A DNA stretch of 64,000 nucleotides from an uncultured bacterium (GCA_903873475.1 CAIQON010000208.1:628-64627), one strand, 5' to 3'. Positions 53,040 to 63,142 are shown, numbered from the stretch's first letter. Notes: a model not told the origin generated them from the sequence alone. Made by a program: numbers and translations.

Positions 53040-54053
53040 TTACTTCGCCGCCATCAGGGCCAGGGTGGTGTCGAGCATGCGATTGGAGAAACCCCACTCG
53101 TTGTCGTACCAGCTGCAGACCTTGACGAGGTTGCCGGACACCTTGGTGAGCGTCGCATCGAAGGTGCTCGAATGCGCGTCGTGGTTGAAATCGACCGACA
53201 CCAGCGGGCCATCGCTGTAGCCGAGCACGCCTTTCCAGCCGGGCATCGCGGCGGCGTTCTTCATGATGCCGTTGATCTCGTCGACCGTGGTGGCGCGTGC
53301 CGAGACGAACGACAGGTCGACGATGGACACGTTGATCGTCGGCACGCGCATGGCGAAGCCATCGAGCCTGCCGTTGAGGACCGGCAGCACCAGGCCGACG
53401 GCAGCCGCGGCACCGGTCTTGGTCGGGATCATCGACTGCGTGGCCGAGCGCGCCCGGCGCAGGTCCTCGTGGTACACGTCGGTCAGGACCTGATCGTTCG
53501 TATAGGCATGGATGGTGGTCATCAGGCCGTTCACGATGCCGATGCTGTCGTGCAGGACCTTGGCGACCGGCGCCAGGCAGTTGGTCGTGCAGGACGCGTT
53601 CGAGATGACCGTGTCGCTCGCCTTCAGCACCGAGTGGTTGACGCCGAAGACCACGGTCGCGTCGACATCCTTGCCGCCCGGGGCGGAGATGATCACCTTC
53701 TTCGCGCCGCCCTTGATATGGGCCGAAGCCTTCTCCTTGGTGGTGAAGAAGCCGGTGCACTCGAGCACCACGTCGACGTTCAGCGCGCCCCACGGAATCT
53801 CGGCCGGGTTGCGGATCGCGAACACCTTGATCCGGTCGCCGTTGACCACGATGCAATCGCCATCGACCTCGACCTTGCCCGGGAACTTGCCATGGGCGGT
53901 GTCATAGCGGGTCAGGTGGGCATTGGTCTGCGCGTCGCCGAGGTCGTTGATCGCGACGACCTGGATCTCGCTGGTACGGTTCGATTCGTACACCGCGCGC
54001 AGGATGTTTCGGCCGATGCGGCCATAGCCGTTGATTGCAACACGGATCGCCAT
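53040..54053 (-). CDS. gap: glyceraldehyde-3-phosphate dehydrogenase, housekeeping copy (337 aa)
   Basis: ORF 53040..54128. ATG at 54053 ([16 protein letters not shown]) after [26 protein letters not shown]. Confidence 0.95.
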   Translation of the reverse strand: MAIRVAINGYGRIGRNILRAVYESNRTSEIQVVAINDLGDAQTNAHLTRYDTAHGKFPGKVEVDGDCIVVNGDRIKVFAIRNPAEIPWGALNVDVVLECTGFFTTKEKASAHIKGGAKKVIISAPGGKDVDATVVFGVNHSVLKASDTVISNASCTTNCLAPVAKVLHDSIGIVNGLMTTIHAYTNDQVLTDVYHEDLRRARSATQSMIPTKTGAAAAVGLVLPVLNGRLDGFAMRVPTINVSIVDLSFVSARATTVDEINGIMKNAAAMPGWKGVLGYSDGPLVSVDFNHDAHSSTFDATLTKVSGNLVKVCSWYDNEWGFSNRMLDTTLALMAAK

Positions 54054-54286
54054 GGAAACCTCCGGAAGTCTTCTTGGCAGTCTGGGAGACTGGGATATCA
54101 GCGGGGGCGGCGGCACGACGCGGCACACGCCCGGCGCGGGGATGGGGCGCGCTCGTCGCCCCTGTGAGCCGGCAAGTCTACCGCAAGGACCGGGACGGTC
54201 CTGCTGCCGGATGCACGCACGCGGCGCGCCTGGCGGGCGCCGATGCCATCGACGCGCCCGTGGCAGGCTGCCTGGTGCGGCCCGCC

Positions 54287-56315
54287 TCAGCCCGCGGCGA
54301 TCACCGACCGGGCGAGGCTGGCAACAGCCTCGGCGGTGAACCCGAAGTGCTTGAACAGCACCCCGGCCGGCGCGGATTCACCGAAGCGATCCAGCCCGAG
54401 CACGGCGCCACGTCCGTCGTCGGCCGCGCCGACATACTTGCGCCAGAAGTCGGACACGCCAGCCTCGATTGCCACACGCGGGATGTTGCGAGGCAGCACG
54501 GCAGCCCGCCAGGCCGCGTCCTGTGCGTCGAACACGGATGTGCAGGGCATCGACACCACGCGGGCCGCGACGCCTTCGGCCGCGAGCAGGGTACGTGCGG
54601 CCACGGCCAGCGCCACTTCGGACCCGGTGGCGATCAGCACGACCGCCGGCTTGCCACCCTCCGCCTCGGCCAGCACATAGCCGCCACGCGCGATGCCAGC
54701 CAGCTGGCCGGCATCGCGCGGCTGCGGTGCAAGGCCCTGGCGGGACAGTGCGAACACCGTCGGACACGTCGTGCATGTGAGCGCAGACTTCCACGCTACC
54801 GCAGTCTCTGCGCTATCGCAGGGACGCCATACATGGAGGTTGGGGATCAGCCGCAGCGACGAGATCTGTTCCACCGACTGGTGCGTCGGCCCATCCTCGC
54901 CCAGCCCGATCGAGTCGTGGGTGAACACGAACACGTTGCGCAGGCCCATCAGCGCCGCCATCCGCAAGGCATTGCGCGAGTAGTCGGAGAAGGTCAGGAA
55001 GGTCCCGGTCTCGGGGATGAAACCGCCATGCAGCGCCAGGCCGTTGGTGATGGCCGCCATCGCGAATTCACGCACGCCGAAATTCACGATGTTGCCGCGC
55101 AGCGTGCCGTGGTCGTCGGGCCACACCACGCGGCTGCCCGACCAGTCGGTGAACACGCTGCCCATCAGGTCGGCCGAGCCGCCGATCAGTTCCGGCAGCG
55201 CCGGGGCGATCGCGTTCAGGGTGTTCTGCGACGCCTTGCGGGTCGCGAAGGCATCGGGCTTCGCCTGCGGCCGCGATCGCGGCATCTGCCGCGGCCGCGA
55301 AACCCGCCGGCAGTGCGCCGGTGATCCGGCGCGTGAACTCCGCGGCCAGTTCCGGGTGGGCGGCTGCATACGCATCGAACCGGGCACGCCACGCGGCATT
55401 GGCTGCGCCGCCCTGCGAACGGGCATCCCACGCCGCCCGCACATCGTCGCGGATCTCGAACGGTCCGGACGTCCAGCCCAGCGCCTCGCGGGTAGCAGCG
55501 ACTTCCTTGTCGCCCAGGGCCGCGCCATGGGTGTCGGCGCTGCCCTGCTTGGTCGGTGCGCCCTTGCCGATCACGGTGCGGCAGCAGATCAGGGTCGGGC
55601 GCCCGGTGTCGGCCTTCGCAGCGGCCACGGCGCGATCGATGGCTTCACCGTCATGGCCGTCGACCGCCGGGATCACCTGCCAGCCGTAGGCTTCGAACCG
55701 TTTCGGTGTGTCGTCGGTGAACCAGCCGGTGACCTTGCCGTCGATCGAGATGCCATTATCGTCGTAGAACGCGATCAGTTTGCCCAGCTTCAACGTGCCG
55801 GCGAGCGAGCAAGCCTCGTGCGAGATGCCTTCCATCAGGCAGCCATCGCCGAGGAACACCCAGGTGTGATGATCGACGATCGCATGCGCCGGGCGGTTGA
55901 ACGCGCCGGCGAGCAGGGCTTCGGCAAGCGCCATGCCGACCGCGTTGGCCAGGCCCTGGCCGAGCGGCCCGGTCGTGGTCTCGACGCCGGCGGTGATGCC
56001 ATGCTCCGGGTGGCCGGGTGTCTTCGAGTGCAGTTGCCGGAAAGCCGACAGCTCGGACATCGGCAGGTCGTAGCCCGTCAGGTGCAGCAGCGAATACAGC
56101 AGCATCGAACCGTGACCGTTCGACAGCACGAAGCGGTCGCGGTTGGCCCAGTGCGGATCTGCAGGATCATGCTTCAGGTGGTGGCGCCAGAGCGATTCGG
56201 CGATATCCGCCATCCCCATCGGCATGCCGGGATGCCCGGAGTTGGCTTTTTGCACCGCGTCCATCGAAAGGACACGGATCGCGTTGGCAAGTTCGGTGCG
56301 AGTGGGCATGTGCAT
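54287..56315 (-). pseudogene. tkt: transketolase, reading frame broken by an apparent 1-nt insertion near 55262-55275 (pseudogene or sequence error)
   Basis: The N-terminal 350 aa are in ORF 55068..56315 ([26 protein letters not shown]). The C-terminal ~325 aa are in ORF 54287..55528 ([42 protein letters not shown]). Start-to-stop span is 2029 nt, i.e. 3n+1. Confidence 0.85.
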
Positions 56316-56446
56316 TGCGCGCCCGGGAGCGCGTTCGGGTCGGAGGTTCGGTGCCTGATCGGCAATCGGCGATTATCCCGCATCGGGCACACCGGTGCCC
56401 GCGGCGCGCCGCTGCGACACGGCAAGTGCCCAGTTGGCGAGGCCGG

Positions 56447-57721
56447 TCAGTCTTCGCTACGCCGGGACCGGATGCCGAGCTGCTTGATCTTGCGGTACAG
56501 GTGCGTGCGCTCCAGACCGACCTTGTCGGCAACGCGGCTCATGTTGCCGCCTTCGAGCGCGATGTGGTGTTCGAGGTAGGACTTCTCGAAGATGTCGCGC
56601 GCCTCGCGCAGCGGCGCATCGAAGGTGAGCCCGGAGGCAGGGTTCGGTGCCACGGCCAGGCTGATGCCCGGCGGTACCTCCTGCTGGACGACCAGGCGCG
56701 CGACGTCCTGGGCGGTCACCTCGGTGCCGAGAGAGGTTACCGCCAGCGAGCGCACGACCTGTTCGAGCTGCAGCAGGTTGCCCGGCCATTCATAGTTGCG
56801 CAGCGCATTGAGCGCGGCCGTATCGAAACTTCGTGGTGGGCTTTCCCTGGCTTCGATGATGCGGGTGAGCAGCAGCGTCGCCAGTTCGGGGACGTCTTCG
56901 CGATGGTCGCGCAACGGCGGCACCTGCAGGGTGACCGGCGCCGCTTCGAGCAGGCGCGGCTCGGCGAGGCCGGCAGCGATCTGGTCGGCCAGGTCGCGCT
57001 CGGTGCCGATGACCACCCGTGCCCGGTGGCGATCCGACCGGCCCATCACCAGCGCGAGGCCCTTCTGTTCGGCGCGGGACAACTGACCCAGCGACGGCAC
57101 GTAGAGCACGCCATCGTTCGCGCTGGTGGCGAGGTCCAGCGGCGAATTGAGCAGCGGGCGCGCATCCTCGACCTCGATCCACGGGGTGTTCGGGGTGTGC
57201 AGGAACTGCGCGCACAGTTCGGCACGACACCCCGACTCGGCCACCAGCACGAGCGGACCGCGGGTCGCCCGAAGCTGCGCCAGGCGCTGCTTGAGCTCGG
57301 CCATCACCGGCGAGCGGCCGAGGCTGTCGAGCGACAGCTCGGGCATCGGTGCCGCTTCGGACCGCCGCAGCACTCGCCCTACGGTCGACAGCAGTTTCTG
57401 CAGCGCGATCGGCTTCTCGAGGAAATCGGACGCACCCAGCTTCGTCGATTCGACCGCGGTGTCGATGGTCGCGTGGCCGGACATCATCACCACAGGCATC
57501 GTCAGCTGGCCGCCGCGCGCCCATTCCTTCAGCAGCGTGATGCCGTCGGTGTCGGGCATCCAGATGTCGAGCAGCACCAGGTCGGGCCGCGCGCGGGCGC
57601 GCTCGCGCCGTGCCTGGTCGCCATTCTCGGCCAGACGTACGCTGTAGCCCTCGTCACGCAGGATCTCCGAGAGCAGCTCGCGAATGCCGATTTCGTCGTC
57701 TACGACCAGTATGTCGCTCAT
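56447..57721 (-). CDS. ntrX: NtrX-type response regulator (REC + degenerate sigma54-interaction domain + Fis-type HTH; 424 aa)
   Basis: ORF 56447..57721. REC domain DILVVDDE...DLVLLDIWMPDTDG. C-terminal HTH GNMSRVADKVGLERTHLYRKIK. Adjacent to ntrY. Confidence 0.85.
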   Translation of the reverse strand: MSDILVVDDEIGIRELLSEILRDEGYSVRLAENGDQARRERARARPDLVLLDIWMPDTDGITLLKEWARGGQLTMPVVMMSGHATIDTAVESTKLGASDFLEKPIALQKLLSTVGRVLRRSEAAPMPELSLDSLGRSPVMAELKQRLAQLRATRGPLVLVAESGCRAELCAQFLHTPNTPWIEVEDARPLLNSPLDLATSANDGVLYVPSLGQLSRAEQKGLALVMGRSDRHRARVVIGTERDLADQIAAGLAEPRLLEAAPVTLQVPPLRDHREDVPELATLLLTRIIEARESPPRSFDTAALNALRNYEWPGNLLQLEQVVRSLAVTSLGTEVTAQDVARLVVQQEVPPGISLAVAPNPASGLTFDAPLREARDIFEKSYLEHHIALEGGNMSRVADKVGLERTHLYRKIKQLGIRSRRSED

Positions 57722-57812
57722 TCGGTTCCGTCAACTGCGCTGGCATTCATGCTGGACCTCCTCGGGCCACGGCCTGCCTGGCCCGGTTGGGCAGGATGGG
57801 CATGGCTCTGGC

Positions 57813-60068
57813 CTAGGCTGCTGCACTCAAGCCGCTCCGGTCGCTGCGCGCAGCGGCCACCGGCACGGTGAAACTGACGCGGGCGCCGCCGGGCTCCGTA
57901 TTGCCCGCTTCGATCGAACCACGGTGTTCCTCGATGATCTTCTTGACGATGGCCAGCCCCAGGCCGGTTCCTTTCGGCTTGGTGGTGACATAGGGCTCGA
58001 ACACCCGCTCGAGCATTGACGGCGGGAATCCACAGCCATTGTCGACCACCGACAGCCGCACGCAGGCGCGCTGCCCGGCGCCAGCCGCGACCAGCTCGGT
58101 GCGCACCACGATTCTAGGCTCTGCCACGTCACCCAGCGCGTCCTGTGCATTCTGCAACAGGTTGTGCAGTACCTGCCTGAGCTGCGTCGGGCTGCCGACC
58201 ACCTTCGGCAAGCCAGGGGCGAGGTCCGTGTCGATGTCGATGGCGATCGCACTCACGCCCACCTCGTACAGGCCGAGCACTTCGCGCACGAGATGGTTCA
58301 GGTCGATCTCGCTGGTGGCCATGTCGGGCTTGCTGCGCGCGTACTCGGAGAAAGCATCGACCATGCTCTTCAGTGCGGCGACCTGGTTGACGATCGTCTG
58401 CGTGGAGCGCTCGAGCATCTGCGCGTCGGCCGTGTCCAGCTTGGCCGCGAGCTTGTGGTGCAGCCGCTCGGCCGACAGCTGGATGGGCGTCAGCGGGTTC
58501 TTGATTTCGTGCGCGAGACGACGCGCCACCTCGCCCCAGGCTGCATCGCGCTGCGCCTGCATCAGGCTGGTCACGTCGTCGAACACGACCACGTAACCGA
58601 CATCGGTGTCCTGCTCGCGATCGACCCGAAGGTGCGAGCCGCGCAGCAACAGCATGCGCCGCGCGCCCTTGGCGCTGTACTCGACCTGCGCCTCCCAGAC
58701 CGGTGCGTCGGTGCCCGCCGTGCCGAGGTTGAAGCGCGAATGCAGCTCATGTGCCAGCCGCGCGAGCGGCGAGGTGCCGTCCGCATCGCCGCTCAACTGC
58801 GCACCGAGCAGGTCGCCCAGTTCGACGCCGAGGATCACGCTCGCACTGCGGTTGGCCGCGCGCAGCCGGAACTGGGCATCGAACGACATCACGCCAGAGG
58901 ACAGGTTGCCCAGCACGCCCTCGAGGTAGGCCTTCGCAGTCTCGATTTCCGCCTGCGTGCGCTGGTTTGCGGCACGCACCTCGTCGAGCTGTCGGGTCAT
59001 CCTGTTGAAGGAGCCGGTGAGCACGCCCAGTTCGTCGCTGCTCGCCACGGTCGCGCGCTGGCTGAAGTCGCCACGCGCGACCGCCGCGGTACCTTCAGCG
59101 AGGATCGACAGCGGCGAGGCGAGCTGCTCGGACAGGAAGATCGCCAGCGCGAACGCGCCCAGCAGGCCGAGCAGCAGCGTCAGCGTCAGCGTGAGCCCGT
59201 ACAGCTGCTTGAGCCCGATACGCGACAGCTGCAGCTGCTGGTAGTCCTGGTAGCCGACCTGCACCGTCTCGGCTGCGGCCGCGAGTGCCGGCGGCACCTG
59301 CTGCAGCACCTGCAGCGCGCGGATGTCGTCGGTCAGCGACAGCGTGTTTACCGGCACCACCACCCGCAGGTAGAGCCCCTTCTCGGGCAACGACTCGATG
59401 GACGAATACGGCTGCTGCGCACGCACCTGGCGCATGACCGCGCTGACCGGCAGCTCGGGCATCACCGCGATGCCGGTACCGGCCGTCGCCAGCGCGGTGC
59501 CACGCGGACTGAACAGCGCCACCTCGTCCACGCGATGCTGGTCGCGCAGGCGATTCAACGCCGCCGCCTGCTGGGCCGGGCCTTCGTCGGACAGCGCCGA
59601 GGCCATGGACTGCGCCCGCGCGGAGAGCTCGCGCAGCGACCCGTCCAGCGTGGAGCGTCCGAGCGCCAGCGCACCATCGAGCGCCTTGTCGATCTTCACG
59701 TCGAACCACGACTCGATGCTGCGCGCCATGAACTGCACGCTCACGGCATAGACCAGTGCACCCGGCAGGACCGCCACCAGCGAGAAGAAGATCGCCAGCC
59801 GGAACGCGAGCTTGGAACCGAACACGCCCGACTTGAGCTTGCGCCGCAGCCCGTACAGCTGGAAGCCGATCAGCACCAGCAGCGCGACGACCAGCCCACC
59901 GTTGAGCGCGAGCAATTGCCGGTAGTGGTTCGCGAACAGCTGCGTGTTCGCGGTCGCCGTCGACAACAGGAACAGCAGTACCGCCGCGAATCCGATCATC
60001 AGCACGAACGCATACTTGATGCGACGCGACGAGAGCCATGAGCTGCCCGTGGCCAGGGGCGCGTTCAT
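57813..60068 (-). CDS. ntrY: NtrY-type sensor histidine kinase (TM-HAMP-PAS-HisKA-HATPase; 751 aa)
   Basis: ORF 57813..60110. The ATG at 60068 overlaps the DUF4390 stop (ATGA). H-box HEIKNPLTPIQLSAERL. N box LHNLLQNAQDA. G boxes DNGCGF and GTGLGLAIVKKIIEEH. Confidence 0.85.
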   Translation of the reverse strand: MNAPLATGSSWLSSRRIKYAFVLMIGFAAVLLFLLSTATANTQLFANHYRQLLALNGGLVVALLVLIGFQLYGLRRKLKSGVFGSKLAFRLAIFFSLVAVLPGALVYAVSVQFMARSIESWFDVKIDKALDGALALGRSTLDGSLRELSARAQSMASALSDEGPAQQAAALNRLRDQHRVDEVALFSPRGTALATAGTGIAVMPELPVSAVMRQVRAQQPYSSIESLPEKGLYLRVVVPVNTLSLTDDIRALQVLQQVPPALAAAAETVQVGYQDYQQLQLSRIGLKQLYGLTLTLTLLLGLLGAFALAIFLSEQLASPLSILAEGTAAVARGDFSQRATVASSDELGVLTGSFNRMTRQLDEVRAANQRTQAEIETAKAYLEGVLGNLSSGVMSFDAQFRLRAANRSASVILGVELGDLLGAQLSGDADGTSPLARLAHELHSRFNLGTAGTDAPVWEAQVEYSAKGARRMLLLRGSHLRVDREQDTDVGYVVVFDDVTSLMQAQRDAAWGEVARRLAHEIKNPLTPIQLSAERLHHKLAAKLDTADAQMLERSTQTIVNQVAALKSMVDAFSEYARSKPDMATSEIDLNHLVREVLGLYEVGVSAIAIDIDTDLAPGLPKVVGSPTQLRQVLHNLLQNAQDALGDVAEPRIVVRTELVAAGAGQRACVRLSVVDNGCGFPPSMLERVFEPYVTTKPKGTGLGLAIVKKIIEEHRGSIEAGNTEPGGARVSFTVPVAAARSDRSGLSAAA

Positions 60069-60682
60069 GGCGACACCGAGAACCGGTACCACTCGGATGC
60101 GAGGCTCCATTCGCGCGTCGCGAACGGACGCGCCTGGAACGGTCGCGGCAGCTGCGACAGGTCGAGACGCATGCGTACGGCAGCCGCGTAGGTGTTGCCC
60201 GGCACCAGCGCGGCGGGCGCAAGCATGGGTCGGCGCCTGACGCGGCCGAGCACGGCGAGCGCCTCCTCGAGCGTCGTGAAGTTCTGGAACAGGGTGCCGG
60301 CAGACAGCCGGTATTGCCGGGTCAGCGTGTTGTAGCCGAGCCGGTAGGACTGCGCGGCGACACCTGCCCGCTGGTCGAACCAGTACCAGCGTGCGCGGCT
60401 GACGTCGAGTTCGAGGATGAAGAACAGCGTGATGCCCTTGGACAGGGCTTCCTCGACCGGCGCCGACAACGTGATCTGGAAGTCGCTCGACAGAAGCCAG
60501 CCGTCATCGCTCGCTTCCAGCGAGGCGTTGCGCGCGATGATCGCATCGGCCCGCACCACCGCCGACGACAGCGCGAGCAGCAACACAGCCGCAATCGAGA
60601 CCATTGCGGCAAGCCACCGCGCGGGTCGGCCGCGACGCGGGCCTGGATCAGGGCTTGCTGAGTAAGGCGTAGTGGAACCCAT
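60065..60682 (-). CDS. DUF4390-like periplasmic protein (205 aa)
   Basis: ORF 60065..60682. Signal-like RRGRPARWLAAMVSIAAVLLLALSSAVVRA. It sits between rsmB and ntrY, the conserved betaproteobacterial position for DUF4390. The ATG at 60682 overlaps the rsmB 3' end by 35 nt; an alternative ATG is at 60604. Confidence 0.65.
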   Translation of the reverse strand: MGSTTPYSASPDPGPRRGRPARWLAAMVSIAAVLLLALSSAVVRADAIIARNASLEASDDGWLLSSDFQITLSAPVEEALSKGITLFFILELDVSRARWYWFDQRAGVAAQSYRLGYNTLTRQYRLSAGTLFQNFTTLEEALAVLGRVRRRPMLAPAALVPGNTYAAAVRMRLDLSQLPRPFQARPFATREWSLASEWYRFSVSP

Positions 60683-62072
60683 CGTGGTCAGGATCAGGCA
60701 GCAGCCTCAGGTCTCCGGTCGACGATCGATCGGCGCTGCCTGGCAGCGCGGCGACATTCGATGCCTCGTCCACGCCCCGGATGCCGGAGGCGTATGCCTT
60801 CTGCACGCAGGATACCCGACACGCGCCCGGCTGGTCGGCAAGGAAAGCATCGACCACCGCTTCGTTCTCGGCCGGGAACACCGAACAGGTGCAATAGAGG
60901 AGCGCGCCACCGGGTGCGAGCACCGTCCACAGTGCATCGAGCAGGCGCCGCTGCTGAGCGGCCAGGCGCGGCAGGTCGGACGCGCGCCGCAGCCATTTGA
61001 TGTCCGGATGCCGACGCACGACACCGGATCCCGAGCAGGGCGCATCGAGCAGGATGCGCTGGAACGGCCGCCCGTCCCACCAGGCAGCGAGGTGGGCGGC
61101 ATCAGCGGCAGCCAGCGTGGCCTTCTGACCCAGCCGGGAGAGGTTGTCGGACACGCGATGCAGGCGCCCGGCATCGCTGTCGAGCGCGAGCAGGTCGATG
61201 TCGCACCGCTCCAGCAGGTGGGTCGACTTGCCGCCTGGCGCAGCGCAGGCATCGAGCACCCGATCGCCGTCGCGCGGTGCCAGCAGGGGAGCGGCCAGCT
61301 GGGCCCCGGCGTCCTGCACGCTGAACCAGCCTTCGTCGAAACCCGGCAGCGATTCCACCGGCAGCGCACGCGCCAGACGGACACAGGCCTCGAGCGGAAT
61401 CTGCACCGGTGGCAGGGCATCGGCGACACCGGCCGCCTGGCCCGAGGCCAGCGGGAACGCCTCGATCGACTCGATGCGCAGCGCCTCGATGCCACGCTGC
61501 GCGCAGGCGGCGATGAACGCCTCGACGGTAGTACGCCGGCGATTGATGCGCAGGGTGAACGGCGGATGCCCATTGCTCGCGGCCAGGATGTCGCGCCAGT
61601 GTCGGGGATGGTCCTTGCGGGTGCGTTCGATCCACCATTGCGGGAACGAATAGCGAGCGCTGTCATCGGCAGCTGCCGCCTGATCGAGCTCGACGCTGCG
61701 CCGCAGGGCATTGCGCAACACCGCGTTCACCAGCCCGCGCGCGCGCGGGCTGCCGAGCGCGGTGCAGGCTTCCACCGCGCCGTCGACGACCGCATAAGCG
61801 GCGGCGCGGGTATGGCGCAGCTGGTAGAGCGCGACCCACACCAGCGCCTGCAGCAGCGCATCGGTGAGCGGGCGGTCGACCAGCGCCGCGGCGACCGCGC
61901 GCAGCTCACCGAGATGACGCAACGTGCCGTAGCAGAGGTCCTGCAGCTGCCCGCGCTCGCCGCCGGCCAGCGCGGGCGACCGATCGAGCGCGGCCGACAG
62001 TTCGGTCGACAGGCTGCGACCCGAGAGTACTGCGGCGACCGTGCGCGCGGCCCTGACCTGTACGGCCTCCAT
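60648..62072 (-). CDS. rsmB: 16S rRNA (cytosine967-C5)-methyltransferase RsmB/Sun (474 aa)
   Basis: C-terminal part of ORF 60648..62627. The ATG at 62072 shares 1 nt with the fmt stop (TGATG). NusB-like N-domain. DACAAPGGKSTHLLE, DAPCSGSGVVRRHPD, LLYCTCSVFPAENE. Confidence 0.9.
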   Translation of the reverse strand: MEAVQVRAARTVAAVLSGRSLSTELSAALDRSPALAGGERGQLQDLCYGTLRHLGELRAVAAALVDRPLTDALLQALVWVALYQLRHTRAAAYAVVDGAVEACTALGSPRARGLVNAVLRNALRRSVELDQAAAADDSARYSFPQWWIERTRKDHPRHWRDILAASNGHPPFTLRINRRRTTVEAFIAACAQRGIEALRIESIEAFPLASGQAAGVADALPPVQIPLEACVRLARALPVESLPGFDEGWFSVQDAGAQLAAPLLAPRDGDRVLDACAAPGGKSTHLLERCDIDLLALDSDAGRLHRVSDNLSRLGQKATLAAADAAHLAAWWDGRPFQRILLDAPCSGSGVVRRHPDIKWLRRASDLPRLAAQQRRLLDALWTVLAPGGALLYCTCSVFPAENEAVVDAFLADQPGACRVSCVQKAYASGIRGVDEASNVAALPGSADRSSTGDLRLLPDPDHDGFHYALLSKP

Positions 62073-63067
62073 CAGCGGGGTTGCCCCGGCGCTGGGGCCG
62101 CCGCGTTCTGCACCGGCGACAGCACGGCGGCGCCGGCACCGAGCATGCCGCCCTCGGCCAGGCCAGCGGCCTGTGCGTATGCAGACGCGGGCTGGCGCCG
62201 GCCACCCGCGCGCTGCACTTCGAGCACGCGCAGGCTGCCGGTCCCGCAGGCTACCGAGAAGCCCTCCGCGTCGAGCGCCACCAGAGTACCGGGCCGGGTG
62301 CCTTCCGGGCATGTCCGGTTCTCGGGAACCGCCCGCCAGATCTTCAGCAGCTGGCCGCCGGATTCGCAGAACGCACCGGGAACCGGGTCGAACGCCCGCA
62401 CCTGCCGATCGATCGAAAGCGCTGGCTGCGCGAAATCGATCGCCGCATCGCGCTTCTCGATCTTGTGGGCGTAGGTGACACCGTCGTCCGGCTGCGGCAC
62501 CGGGGCAGCCGGCCCACCGTCGGTGGCGAGCCGCTCGACGATCATCGCCGCGCCGAGCCCGGTCAGGCGCTCGAGCAGCCCACCCGCCGTCTCGCGGGCG
62601 CCGATCGACAGCGCGCGGTGCGACCACACCGGGCCAGTGTCCAGCCCGGCATCCATCTGCATGATGCTGATTCCTGTTTCAGCGTCGCCGGCGAGCAGTG
62701 CGCGCTGCACGGGCGCCGCGCCGCGCCAGCGCGGCAGCAGTGACGCATGGATGTTCAGGCAGCCGAGCCGGGGAATTGCGAGCACGGCCGGGGGCAGCAG
62801 CAGCCCGTAGGCTGCAACGACCATTGCGTCGGGCGCGAGCCGGGCGAGGTCGGCCTGGGCGGCCGTGTCGCGCAGCGTGGGCGGCTGCGCCACCGGCAGG
62901 CCGCGCTGCAGCGCAAGCGCCTTGACTGCGCTGGCGGTGAGCCTCATGCCGCGGCCGGACGGTCGGTCGGGCTGGGTCAGCACACAGGCGATCTCATGGC
63001 CGGCATCGGCCAGTGCGGCCAGCGCGGCTGCCGCGAAGGGGGGGGTACCTGCAAAGACCAGTCGCAT
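62072..63067 (-). CDS. fmt: methionyl-tRNA formyltransferase (331 aa)
   Basis: ORF 62072..63109. ATG at 63067 (MRLVFAGTPPFAA). LNIHASLLPRWRGAAPVQRA. Confidence 0.9.
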   Translation of the reverse strand: MRLVFAGTPPFAAAALAALADAGHEIACVLTQPDRPSGRGMRLTASAVKALALQRGLPVAQPPTLRDTAAQADLARLAPDAMVVAAYGLLLPPAVLAIPRLGCLNIHASLLPRWRGAAPVQRALLAGDAETGISIMQMDAGLDTGPVWSHRALSIGARETAGGLLERLTGLGAAMIVERLATDGGPAAPVPQPDDGVTYAHKIEKRDAAIDFAQPALSIDRQVRAFDPVPGAFCESGGQLLKIWRAVPENRTCPEGTRPGTLVALDAEGFSVACGTGSLRVLEVQRAGGRRQPASAYAQAAGLAEGGMLGAGAAVLSPVQNAAAPAPGQPR

Positions 63068-63142
63068 CGGATCGGGGCCGGGTAGGACTTTCCGCAGCCG
63101 CCCGTTCAAGCACAGGCCGGATTGCGCCGCTACTGAGCGGAA

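Noticed and set aside
54770-54850. Locally lower-GC patch with unusual codons inside tkt, encoding WRPCDSAETAVAWKSALTCTTCPTVFALSRQ, considered as a possible insertion or recombination scar.
   Set aside because: The reading frame and flanking transketolase motifs (THDSIGLGEDGPTHQ upstream, SRQ downstream) are continuous and of normal spacing. It is most simply a divergent loop, and there is not enough evidence for anything else.
55261-55300. Two GCGGCCGC (NotI-like) octamers flanking the tkt frameshift, considered as a sign of cloning or engineering.
   Set aside because: GCGGCCGC simply encodes Ala-Ala-Ala in this GC-rich frame and is expected by chance here. No vector-like or foreign sequence is adjacent.
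56385-56400. GGGCAC-accg-GTGCCC hairpin after ntrX, and GCGCCGG-N7-CCGGCGC after the TauD gene (43637-43657), as terminators.
   Set aside because: These are short stems without a following U-tract. Such hairpins are frequent by chance in GC-rich DNA, so they are not listed as features.
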